64,000 nucleotides of DNA from the NCBI GenBank assembly GCA_026986575.1, contig JALSOH010000004.1, forward strand, positions 352,001 through 416,000. The letters run 5' to 3'. Positions 1-9,461 of the stretch are shown here, piece after piece. Within the stretch, counting starts at the first letter, position 1. Every line of letters starts with the position of its first letter. The notes beneath the pieces were generated by a model. That model was not told the DNA's origin and ran no database searches. It worked only from the letters and a program-made list of their open reading frames with translations. The stretch is from Thermoproteota archaeon. Its GTDB lineage: Archaea > Korarchaeota > Korarchaeia > Korarchaeales > Korarchaeaceae. A program made the translations under genes and the position numbers.

Positions 1-2
1 AT

Positions 3-437
3 AGGGTTCAGACGGGGCACGCTGTCCTCATAAGAGAAGATACGATCATTGGGGATGGGACCGTCGTGGGAACCCATGCAGTTGTAGACGGGAGAGTGAT
101 CATCGGGAAGAACGTCAGCATACAGAGCGGAACCTATATACCGCCGGAGAGCAGGATAGGAGATCGCGTGTTCTTGGCCCCATTCGTCGTCATAACGAAC
201 GATAAGTATCCGGCGAGCAAGAGGCTCCTCGGAGTAACTGTAGACAATGATGCCATTATTGGTGCCAATGCGGTGTTAATATCAGGAGTCAGAATAGGTG
301 AGGGCGCTGTTGTGGCTTCAGGTGCTGTCGTCACAAGGGATGTACCCCCAAGGAAGGTCGTTATCGGAGTTCCAGCCAGAGTAGTCATGGACAGAGAGGA
401 GTATGAGAGGAAGAAAAGGGAGTACGAAGAGGGTTAG
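3..437 (+). CDS. Hexapeptide-repeat N-acetyltransferase (WbpD/DapH-like), 5'-truncated by window edge
   Basis: Left-handed beta-helix repeats (IGKNVSI, IGDRVFL, IIGANAVL, IGEGAVV) and TND.YP motif; frame stays open to position 3 (RVQTGHAVLIREDT...). Confidence 0.85.
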   Translation, partial: RVQTGHAVLIREDTIIGDGTVVGTHAVVDGRVIIGKNVSIQSGTYIPPESRIGDRVFLAPFVVITNDKYPASKRLLGVTVDNDAIIGANAVLISGVRIGEGAVVASGAVVTRDVPPRKVVIGVPARVVMDREEYERKKREYEEG

Positions 438-1462
438 ACATCCTCTATGCCTCCCTCAGTTATGACGACTTCAACCGTTCCCTCCGGGAGGTAGGGGCTC
501 TTGACTAGCTTGACCACTCTGCGGTCCTTCTTCCCCCTCTTTATGTAAAGCCTGGCCGTTACGCCGTGGCCTAATACGTGACCACCTGCAGGCCTGTTAG
601 GATCTCCGAAGAAGGCGCTGGGATCCGCCACCACCTGATTTGTGACTATGACCGCCAGATTGTATCCAAGAGCCAGCTTGAGCAGCTTGTGAAGGTACTT
701 GTTGAGCTTCTGCTGCCTCTCGGCGAGAGTCTCCCTGCCCACGTATTCTCCTCTGAAGTGGCTTATCAGGGAGTCCACGATTATCAACCCTATGTTCCTC
801 TCCTTTATGTAAGGCTCTGCCCTCTCTGTTACTATCATCTGGTGATCACTAGTGAATGCCCTCGCATACAGTATGTTCTTCAGAGCCCTTTCCGGATCCA
901 ATCCGAACCTTTCAGCTATCTGTATTATCCTCTCTGGCCTGAATGTTCCCTCCGTATCGATGAATAGGGCTGCTCTTCCCAGACCTCCCTTATCCTCTGG
1001 GAGCTGAACCGTGACCGCCATCTGATGAGCGAACTGTGTCTTTCCCGATCCATAGGGGCCGTATATCTCCGTGATCGACTGGGTCTCAACGCCTCCTCCC
1101 AGTAATTCATCCAATGCCTTGGAACCAGTTGTTATCCTCTGAACCATCTTTCTCTGCTGATAGTAATCGTAAGCTGACATGACATCAATATTCAACTTAG
1201 ATCTTGCGGCCTGTATTATCTTCTGGGCCACACCTTCGCCTATCCCCGCGTACACTGCCAGCTCAGCCGGGGTAGACATGGCTATTGACTCCAACGTGGT
1301 GTAGCCCGCCTCCATGAGCCTCTTAGCAGTGGCGGGGCCGACTCCTTCTAGATCGGTTAGATCGAACTCCTCTTCCACATTTACCTCTTCATAGTAAGTT
1401 TCATCAACCTCCTCAGGCGCTTCCTCCCGAGGTTCCTCCTTGATCACCTTCTTCTTCGGTAT
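434..1462 (-). CDS. radA: DNA repair and recombination protein RadA
   Basis: N-terminal HhH (LEGVGPATAKRL), Walker A GPYGSGKT, IDTEGTFRPER, GGHVLGH. Start is either GTG at 1447 or ATA at 1462 (see findings). Confidence 0.97.
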   Translation of the reverse strand: MPKKKVIKEEPREEAPEEVDETYYEEVNVEEEFDLTDLEGVGPATAKRLMEAGYTTLESIAMSTPAELAVYAGIGEGVAQKIIQAARSKLNIDVMSAYDYYQQRKMVQRITTGSKALDELLGGGVETQSITEIYGPYGSGKTQFAHQMAVTVQLPEDKGGLGRAALFIDTEGTFRPERIIQIAERFGLDPERALKNILYARAFTSDHQMIVTERAEPYIKERNIGLIIVDSLISHFRGEYVGRETLAERQQKLNKYLHKLLKLALGYNLAVIVTNQVVADPSAFFGDPNRPAGGHVLGHGVTARLYIKRGKKDRRVVKLVKSPYLPEGTVEVVITEGGIEDV

Positions 1463-1512
1463 CCCTAATCACCTTCCCCCATAGTTGGGGGATAGGAGGG
1501 GATATTTAACTA

Positions 1513-2004
1513 TCACATATCCGAGAAACTCTCGCGTGTTGTTTCTGCGATCAGATCGTTCCCCGACGAAGGTTCACTTTCCAAGATCTCTACTTTCTCG
1601 CCATCCCCTTCATCCTCCAAGGGCTCCTCAGGGGGTGACTCACCCTCGGCTTTGACGGGTTCCTCAGGCTTGAACGGGTCGCTTCTGTGCTTCAGCAGAT
1701 ATGATCCAACGGCGATAGAGAATATGAAGGTAAGCATACCTTCTGAAGGAAGAGCTGGGACGAGAAACAATCCCAGAACACCTAACACGATGTAGAACAT
1801 CGATAGTAGGAGTATGGCCCGTTCATCTCCTCTGAACACGAGTGCGGAGACCAAGATCAGCGACACTGAGGTGATAATTCCCAATGAGGAGGACAGAGGA
1901 TCACTTTTAAGGACCTGTATCGAAAGATAGGCGATCCCCAGCGACAGGATCAGCGTGAGTAGGGCAGACACCGCCATTCCTAGACGTAATCTCATCTCAC
2001 ACAC
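1513..2004 (-). CDS. Hypothetical membrane protein (4 TM, acidic C-terminal tail)
   Basis: Four hydrophobic segments; overlaps the prs stop, so probably co-transcribed. Confidence 0.7.
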   Translation of the reverse strand: MCEMRLRLGMAVSALLTLILSLGIAYLSIQVLKSDPLSSSLGIITSVSLILVSALVFRGDERAILLLSMFYIVLGVLGLFLVPALPSEGMLTFIFSIAVGSYLLKHRSDPFKPEEPVKAEGESPPEEPLEDEGDGEKVEILESEPSSGNDLIAETTRESFSDM

Positions 2005-2893
2005 CCTGAACTGCTTCAGCGATCGATCCCACCACCGACGCCTTGGAGCCTGACCACTCTATAGTGTCCGTGGCTATGATGATATCTGCTCCGGCTCCTA
2101 GTATTCTATCCACTGCCTTAGGCGCGAGGACTGGGTGTACAAAAGCAGATACAACAATTCTAGCGCCCATTCTCTTTGCCTCTTTCACAGCATTCGCCAT
2201 CGTCCCTCCAGTGGATACCATATCATCAACCACTATCACATCCCTACCTGAGAGATCTATCTCCTTAACATACGTCTTTATCTCACCAGTAGCGATGTCC
2301 CTTTCCTTCTTGAATGCATCGAACTCCTCGGTCCCGTAATAGTGAGCCAACTCTCTAGCCCAGTGTATGCTCTCGGTATCCGGCCCCAAGATGAATGGAT
2401 CTCTAAGAGGTAACTCTCTAATCTTGTCAGCAAGCGCTTCAAAGCCGCTCACGTTCACGGCCTTCGCTCCCTCGAAAAGCTCAGAGAATCCCCCAATCCT
2501 GTGGAGATGCACCGTAACGCTGATTACAGCATCAGCTCCAGCCGCTTCAAGTAGCTCTCCCAAATACTTAGAGCTCAATGGCTCACCCGGCCTGAATATA
2601 GCATCCTGCCGGGCGTAAGGGAAATACGGCATGACTAAGGTTATGGACTTAGCACCCATATGTTCCTTAAGATTCCTTAGCGTGAAGAGAACCTCCATCA
2701 AGTATCTGTTAGGGGATCCGCTGCCTGCTCCCATTCTCAAGGAGAGGACGACATCTTCATCCCGGGTGTCCCCCAATACCCTTGGACACACCTCTCCATC
2801 TGGGAATACTCTCCTATCTAGAGCTACTAATTCCACACCGAGATTCTCAGCGAGCTTAATGTTGAAATCGTCATTGGGGCCCACCAGCAGCAT
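1997..2893 (-). CDS. prs: Ribose-phosphate pyrophosphokinase
   Basis: FPDGE, PYFPYARQD and VDDMVSTGGT motifs. Start moved to ATG 2893 (MLLVGPN), because the longer ORF overlaps tmk. Confidence 0.95.
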   Translation of the reverse strand: MLLVGPNDDFNIKLAENLGVELVALDRRVFPDGEVCPRVLGDTRDEDVVLSLRMGAGSGSPNRYLMEVLFTLRNLKEHMGAKSITLVMPYFPYARQDAIFRPGEPLSSKYLGELLEAAGADAVISVTVHLHRIGGFSELFEGAKAVNVSGFEALADKIRELPLRDPFILGPDTESIHWARELAHYYGTEEFDAFKKERDIATGEIKTYVKEIDLSGRDVIVVDDMVSTGGTMANAVKEAKRMGARIVVSAFVHPVLAPKAVDRILGAGADIIIATDTIEWSGSKASVVGSIAEAVQGV

Positions 2894-2914
2894 ATGCTGA
2901 GTGCGCAATGCGAG

Positions 2915-2922
2915 ATTAAAAA
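2915..2922. promoter_or_regulatory. Shared bidirectional TATA element for prs and tmk
   Basis: ATTAAAAA; the first T lies 29 nt before the ATG on each strand (2916 to 2945; 2922 to 2893). Confidence 0.6.
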
Positions 2923-2944
2923 GTAGTCGAAGTGGGTCTGGAAG

Positions 2945-3529
2945 ATGCTCATAGCCTTTGAGGGTATAGACGGGTCTGGTAAAACGACCATAAGTACTAG
3001 AATCAATGAAGAGCTGGAGAGAAGGGGCATAAGGTCTCACTGGACGACGGAGCCGACTGACGGTCCAATAGGTAGGATCATACGTGAAGTACTAGAGGGT
3101 AGGATGGAGGTCGATCACAGAACGCTGGCCCTGCTCTTCGCCGCTGATAGAATGCAGCATGTGATTCAATTGGAAGATCTTCTGGAGGAGGGCTACACGG
3201 TCATAAGCGACAGGTACCTCCTATCGTCGCTAGCATATCAGGGATGCGATCTCCCGATGGAGTGGGTTAAGGAGATAAATAAGTGGGCTTTGCTGCCTGA
3301 TTTAGTGATCTACTTGGATTTGGATCCTGCATTAGCCTTGGAACGCGTTAAAGAGAAACAACTATTCCACACTCTGCGCAAATTGAGGTCGATCAGGGCC
3401 AATTACCTCAGTCTGATAAGGGAGGAAGAGTGGTCCAGTAGGACCGTCGTGGTGGATGCAAGCAGGGAAGAGGAGGAGGTGTTCCAAACAGTTCTTAATA
3501 TTATCTTGAAGAAGCTCAGGGTGGTTTGA
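2945..3529 (+). CDS. tmk: Thymidylate kinase
   Basis: FEGIDGSGKTT, EP, LFAADR, ISDRY..SSLAYQG motifs. Confidence 0.96.
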   Translation: MLIAFEGIDGSGKTTISTRINEELERRGIRSHWTTEPTDGPIGRIIREVLEGRMEVDHRTLALLFAADRMQHVIQLEDLLEEGYTVISDRYLLSSLAYQGCDLPMEWVKEINKWALLPDLVIYLDLDPALALERVKEKQLFHTLRKLRSIRANYLSLIREEEWSSRTVVVDASREEEEVFQTVLNIILKKLRVV

Positions 3530-4452
3530 TGAAGTTCTTGGCCATTGGAAATGCGAATATCGACGTAACCACGTTCATAGAGAGGATACCCGATCAAGAC
3601 GAGGCCATAGACGCCTTAGCAGCTACGATGAGCGCGGGGGGATCAGCCTCCAACTTCGCTCTGGCCGCCGCTAGGCTGGGGGTTGAGGTTTTTGTCATCG
3701 CCTCTCTAGGTGATGATTCCCTAGGGAAGATCTACCTAAGGACCATGGAGGAGGGAGGGGTTGATACATCCCACATCAAGATAACAGAGGGCAGGAGAAC
3801 GGGACTTGTTGTCATAATCAACGTTTTAGGGGAGAGCAGAAGGATGATAGAGAGCCCAGGAGCTAATGAGGAACTTTCCCCAGTAGATATAGTAGAGAGA
3901 AGCGAGCTGGTTCGATCGGTCGATGAAGTGCACATGGCCAGCGTCAGGGTACCTATAGCCAGAGCTGTCTTGGAGGTGAGGAAGGGAGTATCTTGGGATC
4001 CTGGGATTAGGATACTCTCTAGGAACAGGGACGATTGCTGGAAGCTGCTAGGTGGGGTGGGAAAGATATTTCTTAACGAGAAAGAGGCAGCGATCCTATC
4101 TAGGGAGAGAGATCCAGAGTTAGCTGCCCAAAAGATAGGAAGAGAAGGACCAGAAGAAGTTCTCATAAAGATGGGTCCGAAGGGGTCGCTTGCTTGGGTT
4201 GAGGGATCCCTATGCCATGTGAAAGCCGTCCCGGTAAATGTGGTCGATACGACCGGGGCAGGGGACGTGTTCGCGGCTGCTTACCTAACCTCAAGGGCCA
4301 AGGGCTTCTCCCCAGTGAAATCCATAAGATTAGCCAACTCCGCGGCAGCCCTAACCATTTCGAGGCCCGGAACGGCCTATGGACTGCCCGTATGGGATGA
4401 GATAGCGGCCATGGAGTTTATCTCATACGGTAAGGGTGATAATGAGTGCTAA
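3526..4452 (+). CDS. PfkB/ribokinase-family carbohydrate or nucleoside kinase
   Basis: GGSASN, LNEKEA, VDTTGAGDVF PfkB signatures. Confidence 0.92.
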   Translation: MMKFLAIGNANIDVTTFIERIPDQDEAIDALAATMSAGGSASNFALAAARLGVEVFVIASLGDDSLGKIYLRTMEEGGVDTSHIKITEGRRTGLVVIINVLGESRRMIESPGANEELSPVDIVERSELVRSVDEVHMASVRVPIARAVLEVRKGVSWDPGIRILSRNRDDCWKLLGGVGKIFLNEKEAAILSRERDPELAAQKIGREGPEEVLIKMGPKGSLAWVEGSLCHVKAVPVNVVDTTGAGDVFAAAYLTSRAKGFSPVKSIRLANSAAALTISRPGTAYGLPVWDEIAAMEFISYGKGDNEC

Positions 4453-4503
4453 CACAATAGAATTTTGTAAATCCTTTTTAAATATCCTCACGAGGGGAGC
4501 CCG

Positions 4504-5502
4504 ATGGAAGAGGCAGGAAGGACTCCGAAAATAGGCAGGAAGAGCCTGCTCCTGCTAGTACTCGGCATAGCTCTCATGATACCTCTACTTGCCACTTTCG
4601 ATCTGAGTGAAGCGGTGAGCAGCCTTCGTTCTATAGGAATAGTTCCCGTAGTCCTCTCCTTTCTCTCGATACACGTGGGAGTCCTGTTCTACAACTTGGG
4701 GTGGTACATCCTATTGGATAGGAGAGCCAGTTTCAAGGATGTCTTCCTAATAGGGTGGATCAGCCTGTTCATAAACCTGCTAATACCGGCAGGTTCAGCC
4801 ACGGGAGAGGTAGCCAGAGCCTATCTGATCAATAGGAAATCGAAGGTTCCCATGGGGCATGCTGTGTCCACCATTGTAGCCCACAGGGTCGTCATGATCA
4901 TACCATTCGTGGTCAGCATAGTCCTTGGTTTCTCCTACTTGGTGGGATCGTCCGGCGTGGGACATAGCACTCTCACTACCATTTTCTTGGCGGTGGGTCT
5001 CCTGATAGTGGTCTTCTATCTCATTTACAGAGTCAGCATGGATGAAAGTAGTATGCTCAGACTGATATCCTTCTTTGAACGGAAGCTTCGAAGGGATCTT
5101 GGGAAGATAAAGGAGATGGTAAGTGAATATTCAAAGGCATTCAGGGAGCTCATGAGGAACAGGAGAGCATTAGGTCTCTCCCTGCTCTGTGCATTCCTTA
5201 ACTGGTTCTTCGACATGCTACCGATTTTCATCTACTTCTACGCCCTTGGCTATTGGATAGATCCCCTCATGGGAATCCTGATATACTCAGTGTCCATCAT
5301 TATGGTCCTCATTCCCATAGGAATCCCTGGGAACACCGGGGTAAGAGAATGGGTGATGACGGGCCTCTTATCTGCGATGGGATTTAGCAAGGGTGATGCC
5401 CTCGCGATAACGCTGGTCTCCTCCACTATAACCGTGTTCCTCAATGAGCTTGTATTCGGCTTCTTAGCTTACCTCCTTGTCCTTAAAGGGATATCCAAGT
5501 AA
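4504..5502 (+). CDS. UPF0104 / lysylphosphatidylglycerol synthase TM-like (flippase-like) membrane protein
   Basis: About 8 TM segments; N.LIP...GEVAR and PG..GVRE motifs. Confidence 0.8.
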   Translation: MEEAGRTPKIGRKSLLLLVLGIALMIPLLATFDLSEAVSSLRSIGIVPVVLSFLSIHVGVLFYNLGWYILLDRRASFKDVFLIGWISLFINLLIPAGSATGEVARAYLINRKSKVPMGHAVSTIVAHRVVMIIPFVVSIVLGFSYLVGSSGVGHSTLTTIFLAVGLLIVVFYLIYRVSMDESSMLRLISFFERKLRRDLGKIKEMVSEYSKAFRELMRNRRALGLSLLCAFLNWFFDMLPIFIYFYALGYWIDPLMGILIYSVSIIMVLIPIGIPGNTGVREWVMTGLLSAMGFSKGDALAITLVSSTITVFLNELVFGFLAYLLVLKGISK

Positions 5503-5561
5503 ATCCCCACACTTTGAAAGTTTTTCAGTAAAGCACCTCCCCACTGCTCGGGTGCAGTGTC

Positions 5562-6731
5562 ATGCCTAAGTTTGCAGAGAGGATGAGCTCGTTAGGAGTA
5601 GAGGGAGCATTCATAGTCTTGGCTAAGGCTAGAGAGCTTGAGAGACAGGGGAAGAGCATAATTCACTTGGAAATAGGGGAGCCTGGTTATCAGCCACCTA
5701 AACACGTGCTGGAGGCTACTAAGAAGGCGATTGATGGGGGGAAGACCAAGTACACCCCTGCATCTGGGATATATGAGCTTAGGGAGGCGATTGCTGAGAG
5801 GGTCTCGAACAGCAGGGGGGTGGAGGTCGGACCTGAGAATGTGGTCGTGACCGTCGGTGCCAAGATGGCCATATTCGCCGCCCTGATGGCCTTCGTAGAT
5901 CCGGGTGATGAGGTAATAATTCCCATGCCAGCATATCCCTCATACGAGAGTGTAACTAAGTTCGTTGGCGGTATAGTCAAGCCGGTAGTACTCAAAGAGG
6001 AGAGAAAGTTCTCGCCCGATGTCAACGATATCTTAGAGAAGGTGACTGACAGAACTAAGGCCATAGTAATAAATACCCCCAGTAACCCTACAGGGGGCAT
6101 TTACAGGAGGGAGGATCTGGAAGAGATCGTCAGTCTAGCTGTAAAGAGGGATATACTGATAATCTCCGACGAGATATACGAGGATATAATATTCGATGGG
6201 AAGAAGCACGAGAGTGTTCTATCTATAGCTGGCGCTGAAGAGGTGACCGTGCTGGTGAGTGGTTTCAGCAAGACGTGGGCCATGACAGGGTACAGGCTCG
6301 GCTACGCTGTGGCGAAGGAGGATATAGCCCAGAAGATAGCCCAGATTCAATTAAATGCGGCTTCCTGTCCCGTTCATTTCGCACAAGTGGCGGCCGTTGA
6401 GGCTATAAGGGGTCCGCAGGATGAGGTAGAGAGAATGGTCAAGGACTACGAGAAGAAAAGGGATATCATCTACGAGGAGATACAGAAGATCGAAGGTTTC
6501 TCGATGGTAAAACCTGCAGGGACGTTCTACGCATTCCCCAACATAAAGGGAACCGGAATGTCCTCGGAGGAACTAGCTGATAGGTTGCTGAACGAGGCGG
6601 GAGTCGCGTTGCTACCTGGAACTGCTTTCGGAGAACCGGGGGAGGGCTTCCTCAGGATATCATTCGCTGGTCCCATGGAGGATATAGTTGAGGGGATGAA
6701 GAGGATAAGGGAGTTTGTGAGTTCCCTGTAA
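5562..6731 (+). CDS. Class I/II PLP-dependent (aspartate-type) aminotransferase
   Basis: IGEP, NTPSNPTG, SDEIYE, SKTWAMTGYRLG. Confidence 0.95.
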   Translation: MPKFAERMSSLGVEGAFIVLAKARELERQGKSIIHLEIGEPGYQPPKHVLEATKKAIDGGKTKYTPASGIYELREAIAERVSNSRGVEVGPENVVVTVGAKMAIFAALMAFVDPGDEVIIPMPAYPSYESVTKFVGGIVKPVVLKEERKFSPDVNDILEKVTDRTKAIVINTPSNPTGGIYRREDLEEIVSLAVKRDILIISDEIYEDIIFDGKKHESVLSIAGAEEVTVLVSGFSKTWAMTGYRLGYAVAKEDIAQKIAQIQLNAASCPVHFAQVAAVEAIRGPQDEVERMVKDYEKKRDIIYEEIQKIEGFSMVKPAGTFYAFPNIKGTGMSSEELADRLLNEAGVALLPGTAFGEPGEGFLRISFAGPMEDIVEGMKRIREFVSSL

Positions 6732-6733
6732 CC

Positions 6734-7249
6734 CTATAGATCTAAAACCTTCACACTCCTTTCCCCTGTTTCTAAGATCGCGACGGTTCTCCTTCCCGTA
6801 AGCTTTCCACATGACTCACCTGGATTTATCACCAGCGCGTCTCCCACCTCCTCCACGTGGACCTCATGGGTGTGGCCGTACAGCACGAAGTCGAACTTCC
6901 TACTCTTGGCCAGCTGAATGGCCGATAACTTGGTTAATTCCTTTGAGCCAAATCCGTGGAACAACAGGGCCTTTTTCTCGCTGAGAAGAACTTCTACAGG
7001 TCCTGGATAGTATGCTCCCTCATTCTCCAAAGCCGAGATGGTGGTGAGCGCCTCAGCGTCATTATTCCCTCTGAGAAGGCGGAAGGGTATTCCCGAGTTT
7101 ATTATGGGCTTTAATGAGAAAGGAGAAATCAAGTCACCCAGATGTATTATCTCGTCAACACCCATCCTTTGAAAGATTTCTACAGCCCTCTCTATCGACT
7201 CTAGGTCATCGTGAGAGTCGGATATTATCCCCACAAGCAAGCATATCAC
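6734..7249 (-). CDS. YfcE/MJ0936-family metallophosphoesterase
   Basis: SDSH, HLGD, GNND, HG, GHTH, NPG motifs. Confidence 0.92.
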   Translation of the reverse strand: MICLLVGIISDSHDDLESIERAVEIFQRMGVDEIIHLGDLISPFSLKPIINSGIPFRLLRGNNDAEALTTISALENEGAYYPGPVEVLLSEKKALLFHGFGSKELTKLSAIQLAKSRKFDFVLYGHTHEVHVEEVGDALVINPGESCGKLTGRRTVAILETGERSVKVLDL

Positions 7250-8011
7250 CTAACCCTGAAGCAATCCATTCCTCCTAAAAACTGGCACGGTCTCAAGTAT
7301 CCTGCTGATGTATTCGAGACCTTCTGGGGATGAGAATAGGGGAAGTTCCCAGTCGACGACTACTTCTCTCCTCTCCACCGGACCGTATTCCGTGTCCTTA
7401 ATCTTGACGGTCTTCCTGACGAGAACACCCCTTCTCTGCCAAGCAGGTACCTTAGCAATATTTACTCCGAGCTTCTTGAAGATGAGCTCGTGGAGGTACT
7501 CTGATTTCTTTCCGTGCAGTTCTTCGGCAGCCTTCTCCCTCGAGAGCCCTTCCTTCTCAAGAGACAGGAGTGCGTAGGAGTTTAGCGTGTTTCTCCACGC
7601 CTCATCCTGCCTCCAAGACAGGTAACTCACCAGTTCATCCTCGTCTCTGATTAGGACGATCCTTCCGTCGAAACTGGCTGCGTATCCTAGGGCTAGGGAG
7701 GTCCGCGCTGAGATGAAAGAAGATACTATCGAAACGATCTTCTCCACTCTACCGTTCCACGGTAGAGGAGGTGTTAGTAGGAGGGATATTTCATCGGAAA
7801 ATAGGTAGGCGAGGGCAATTGGGAGGTTGCGCTCCATTAACTCCTTAGATGCACTGATCAAGGATTTCAATAATCTCTCATCGAAGGGCCTCTCGAGCTT
7901 CAGCTCCTCAGCTAACTTCCTGAATCTCCATCCATCCACTCTCACGATTATGGGCATATCCACAGGAATAGATAAACGAGAGAATATCTCCCTAGACTTC
8001 CAATCAAGCAT
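7250..8011 (-). CDS. thg1: tRNA(His) guanylyltransferase Thg1 family protein
   Basis: RVDG..F, SDEISL, FDGR, WRQ..AWRN, P.WQRRG. Confidence 0.93.
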   Translation of the reverse strand: MLDWKSREIFSRLSIPVDMPIIVRVDGWRFRKLAEELKLERPFDERLLKSLISASKELMERNLPIALAYLFSDEISLLLTPPLPWNGRVEKIVSIVSSFISARTSLALGYAASFDGRIVLIRDEDELVSYLSWRQDEAWRNTLNSYALLSLEKEGLSREKAAEELHGKKSEYLHELIFKKLGVNIAKVPAWQRRGVLVRKTVKIKDTEYGPVERREVVVDWELPLFSSPEGLEYISRILETVPVFRRNGLLQG

Positions 8012-8012
8012 A

Positions 8013-8345
8013 CTACCCGCTCAGCCTTGATATCCTCTCAGCTATCTCGAGCACGGCTGATTCAACGTCTTCTCTGTCTGTCTCGAGGGTTATGATCCCT
8101 CTAGCCTCCACTATCTCTCTCAACTCATCATCGAACTCCTTAGCTATTAGCACCTCGCAGTCCCTTAGTATCTCTAGAACGGAAGTAGGTCCCCTTTTAC
8201 TTCCCTTTCTCGTATTCACTCTCATCTCCACCTTGGTGGGGCTTCTCCCTAGGACGTCGTATATAGCGAAGAACTTGGCCTCGTGAAAGGGCCCTTCCTT
8301 CAGGGTTTTCCCATCATCTGTTGCGACAGCGACTCGGATCGGCAA
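8013..8345 (-). CDS. NifB/NifX-family (Fe-Mo cofactor binding domain) protein
   Basis: VAVATDDG....PF..AKFFAIYD and DCEVLIA patterns. Confidence 0.7.
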   Translation of the reverse strand: MPIRVAVATDDGKTLKEGPFHEAKFFAIYDVLGRSPTKVEMRVNTRKGSKRGPTSVLEILRDCEVLIAKEFDDELREIVEARGIITLETDREDVESAVLEIAERISRLSG

Positions 8346-8399
8346 ATTATCTCATCCTCCCGGATGGACTATGTTTGAATAAGGAGACACAAGATATAA

Positions 8400-9461
8400 T
8401 CATGCCGCCGGAGGATTTGGTTGATTCCCCTGCAGGATTCTGGCTAGTGATTCTATGAACTCGCCCATACGATCGGAGTCCACTATCAGGGAGGAAAATC
8501 CTCTACCCCCGAACACCGATCCCTCCATCTCTCCCATCGCCTCCCTTGTTAGAGGGAAGAGATCCACTTGGGGATCGCCCGCTACATAAATCAGTCCCAA
8601 TGGAGGATCGTAGAAATAAGATACAGCGAAAGGAAACCCCCTTTCATGAGCCACAAGCGAAACTACGAATCGCTGATAGGCCTCCTGAACCTCCCACCCG
8701 GTGAGGCTCCTCGATTCAAATGTGGGTTCATCGAGGAGGGAATCAATCTCCCCATTCACATGGTCGATCTTGGACCTGATCAGACTAGCCGTGGCCGAGG
8801 TTCCGCTCAGGAACCAGTCCGGATCGTCGAACGATTCTCTCAAGGCTGAAGCTGCTAGGTAGATCCAGTCCTCGCCTAGGAAAGATGCCGCTACCAGCGC
8901 CTTCTGAACAGTCCTTATCGAATTCTCATCCAGCAGCTCAGGCCAAGAGAGGCGCGCCCTTTCGAGCACATCCTCACATACTTCCGAGGTGCACTTCCCA
9001 AAGAACCCGCCAGAAGCCACCCATGATAGGAGGTCATTATTCTCATCGACCTTTACGGCTATCAGGTATGCTAGGAGGCTTGTAGAAATCCCAGGAGAAT
9101 CCAAGGTCACCCTGATAGTATTCTTATAGCTTAATACAGGAGTTGAGCCGTGGTCCAGTATGATTACGCTCCTATACAACTCGCTTGATACTTGGATGGG
9201 ACCCCTGCCGTGGGGAGGGAGATCTAAGAACATTAAGGAGTCGCATCTCCCCGAACAACTCTCTATTACATCTATTGCACTTTCAGGCGTTGACGTAATA
9301 AGCTCCGACTCTATTCCACGTTGGGACAGCACTTCCTCCATGATCACCGATGAGGAGATTCCATCCGGTGTAGGTGGAAATACTATGCCGACCTTACTTA
9401 CGCCCGCGAGTCCCGATTCCAGTAGCCTTAGGGCATTAGCGGCCCATTCATCAAGATCCAT
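8400..9461 (-). CDS. Degenerate DHH-family (RecJ/Cdc45-like) protein
   Basis: PTPDGISS (motif I remnant), FLD, ILDHG, STSLLAY. Confidence 0.65.
   Translation of the reverse strand: MDLDEWAANALRLLESGLAGVSKVGIVFPPTPDGISSSVIMEEVLSQRGIESELITSTPESAIDVIESCSGRCDSLMFLDLPPHGRGPIQVSSELYRSVIILDHGSTPVLSYKNTIRVTLDSPGISTSLLAYLIAVKVDENNDLLSWVASGGFFGKCTSEVCEDVLERARLSWPELLDENSIRTVQKALVAASFLGEDWIYLAASALRESFDDPDWFLSGTSATASLIRSKIDHVNGEIDSLLDEPTFESRSLTGWEVQEAYQRFVVSLVAHERGFPFAVSYFYDPPLGLIYVAGDPQVDLFPLTREAMGEMEGSVFGGRGFSSLIVDSDRMGEFIESLARILQGNQPNPPAA

Noticed and set aside
2894-3040. 49-aa N-terminal extension of the prs ORF
   Set aside because: It overlaps tmk on the opposite strand and crosses the shared TATA; homology starts at MLLVG.
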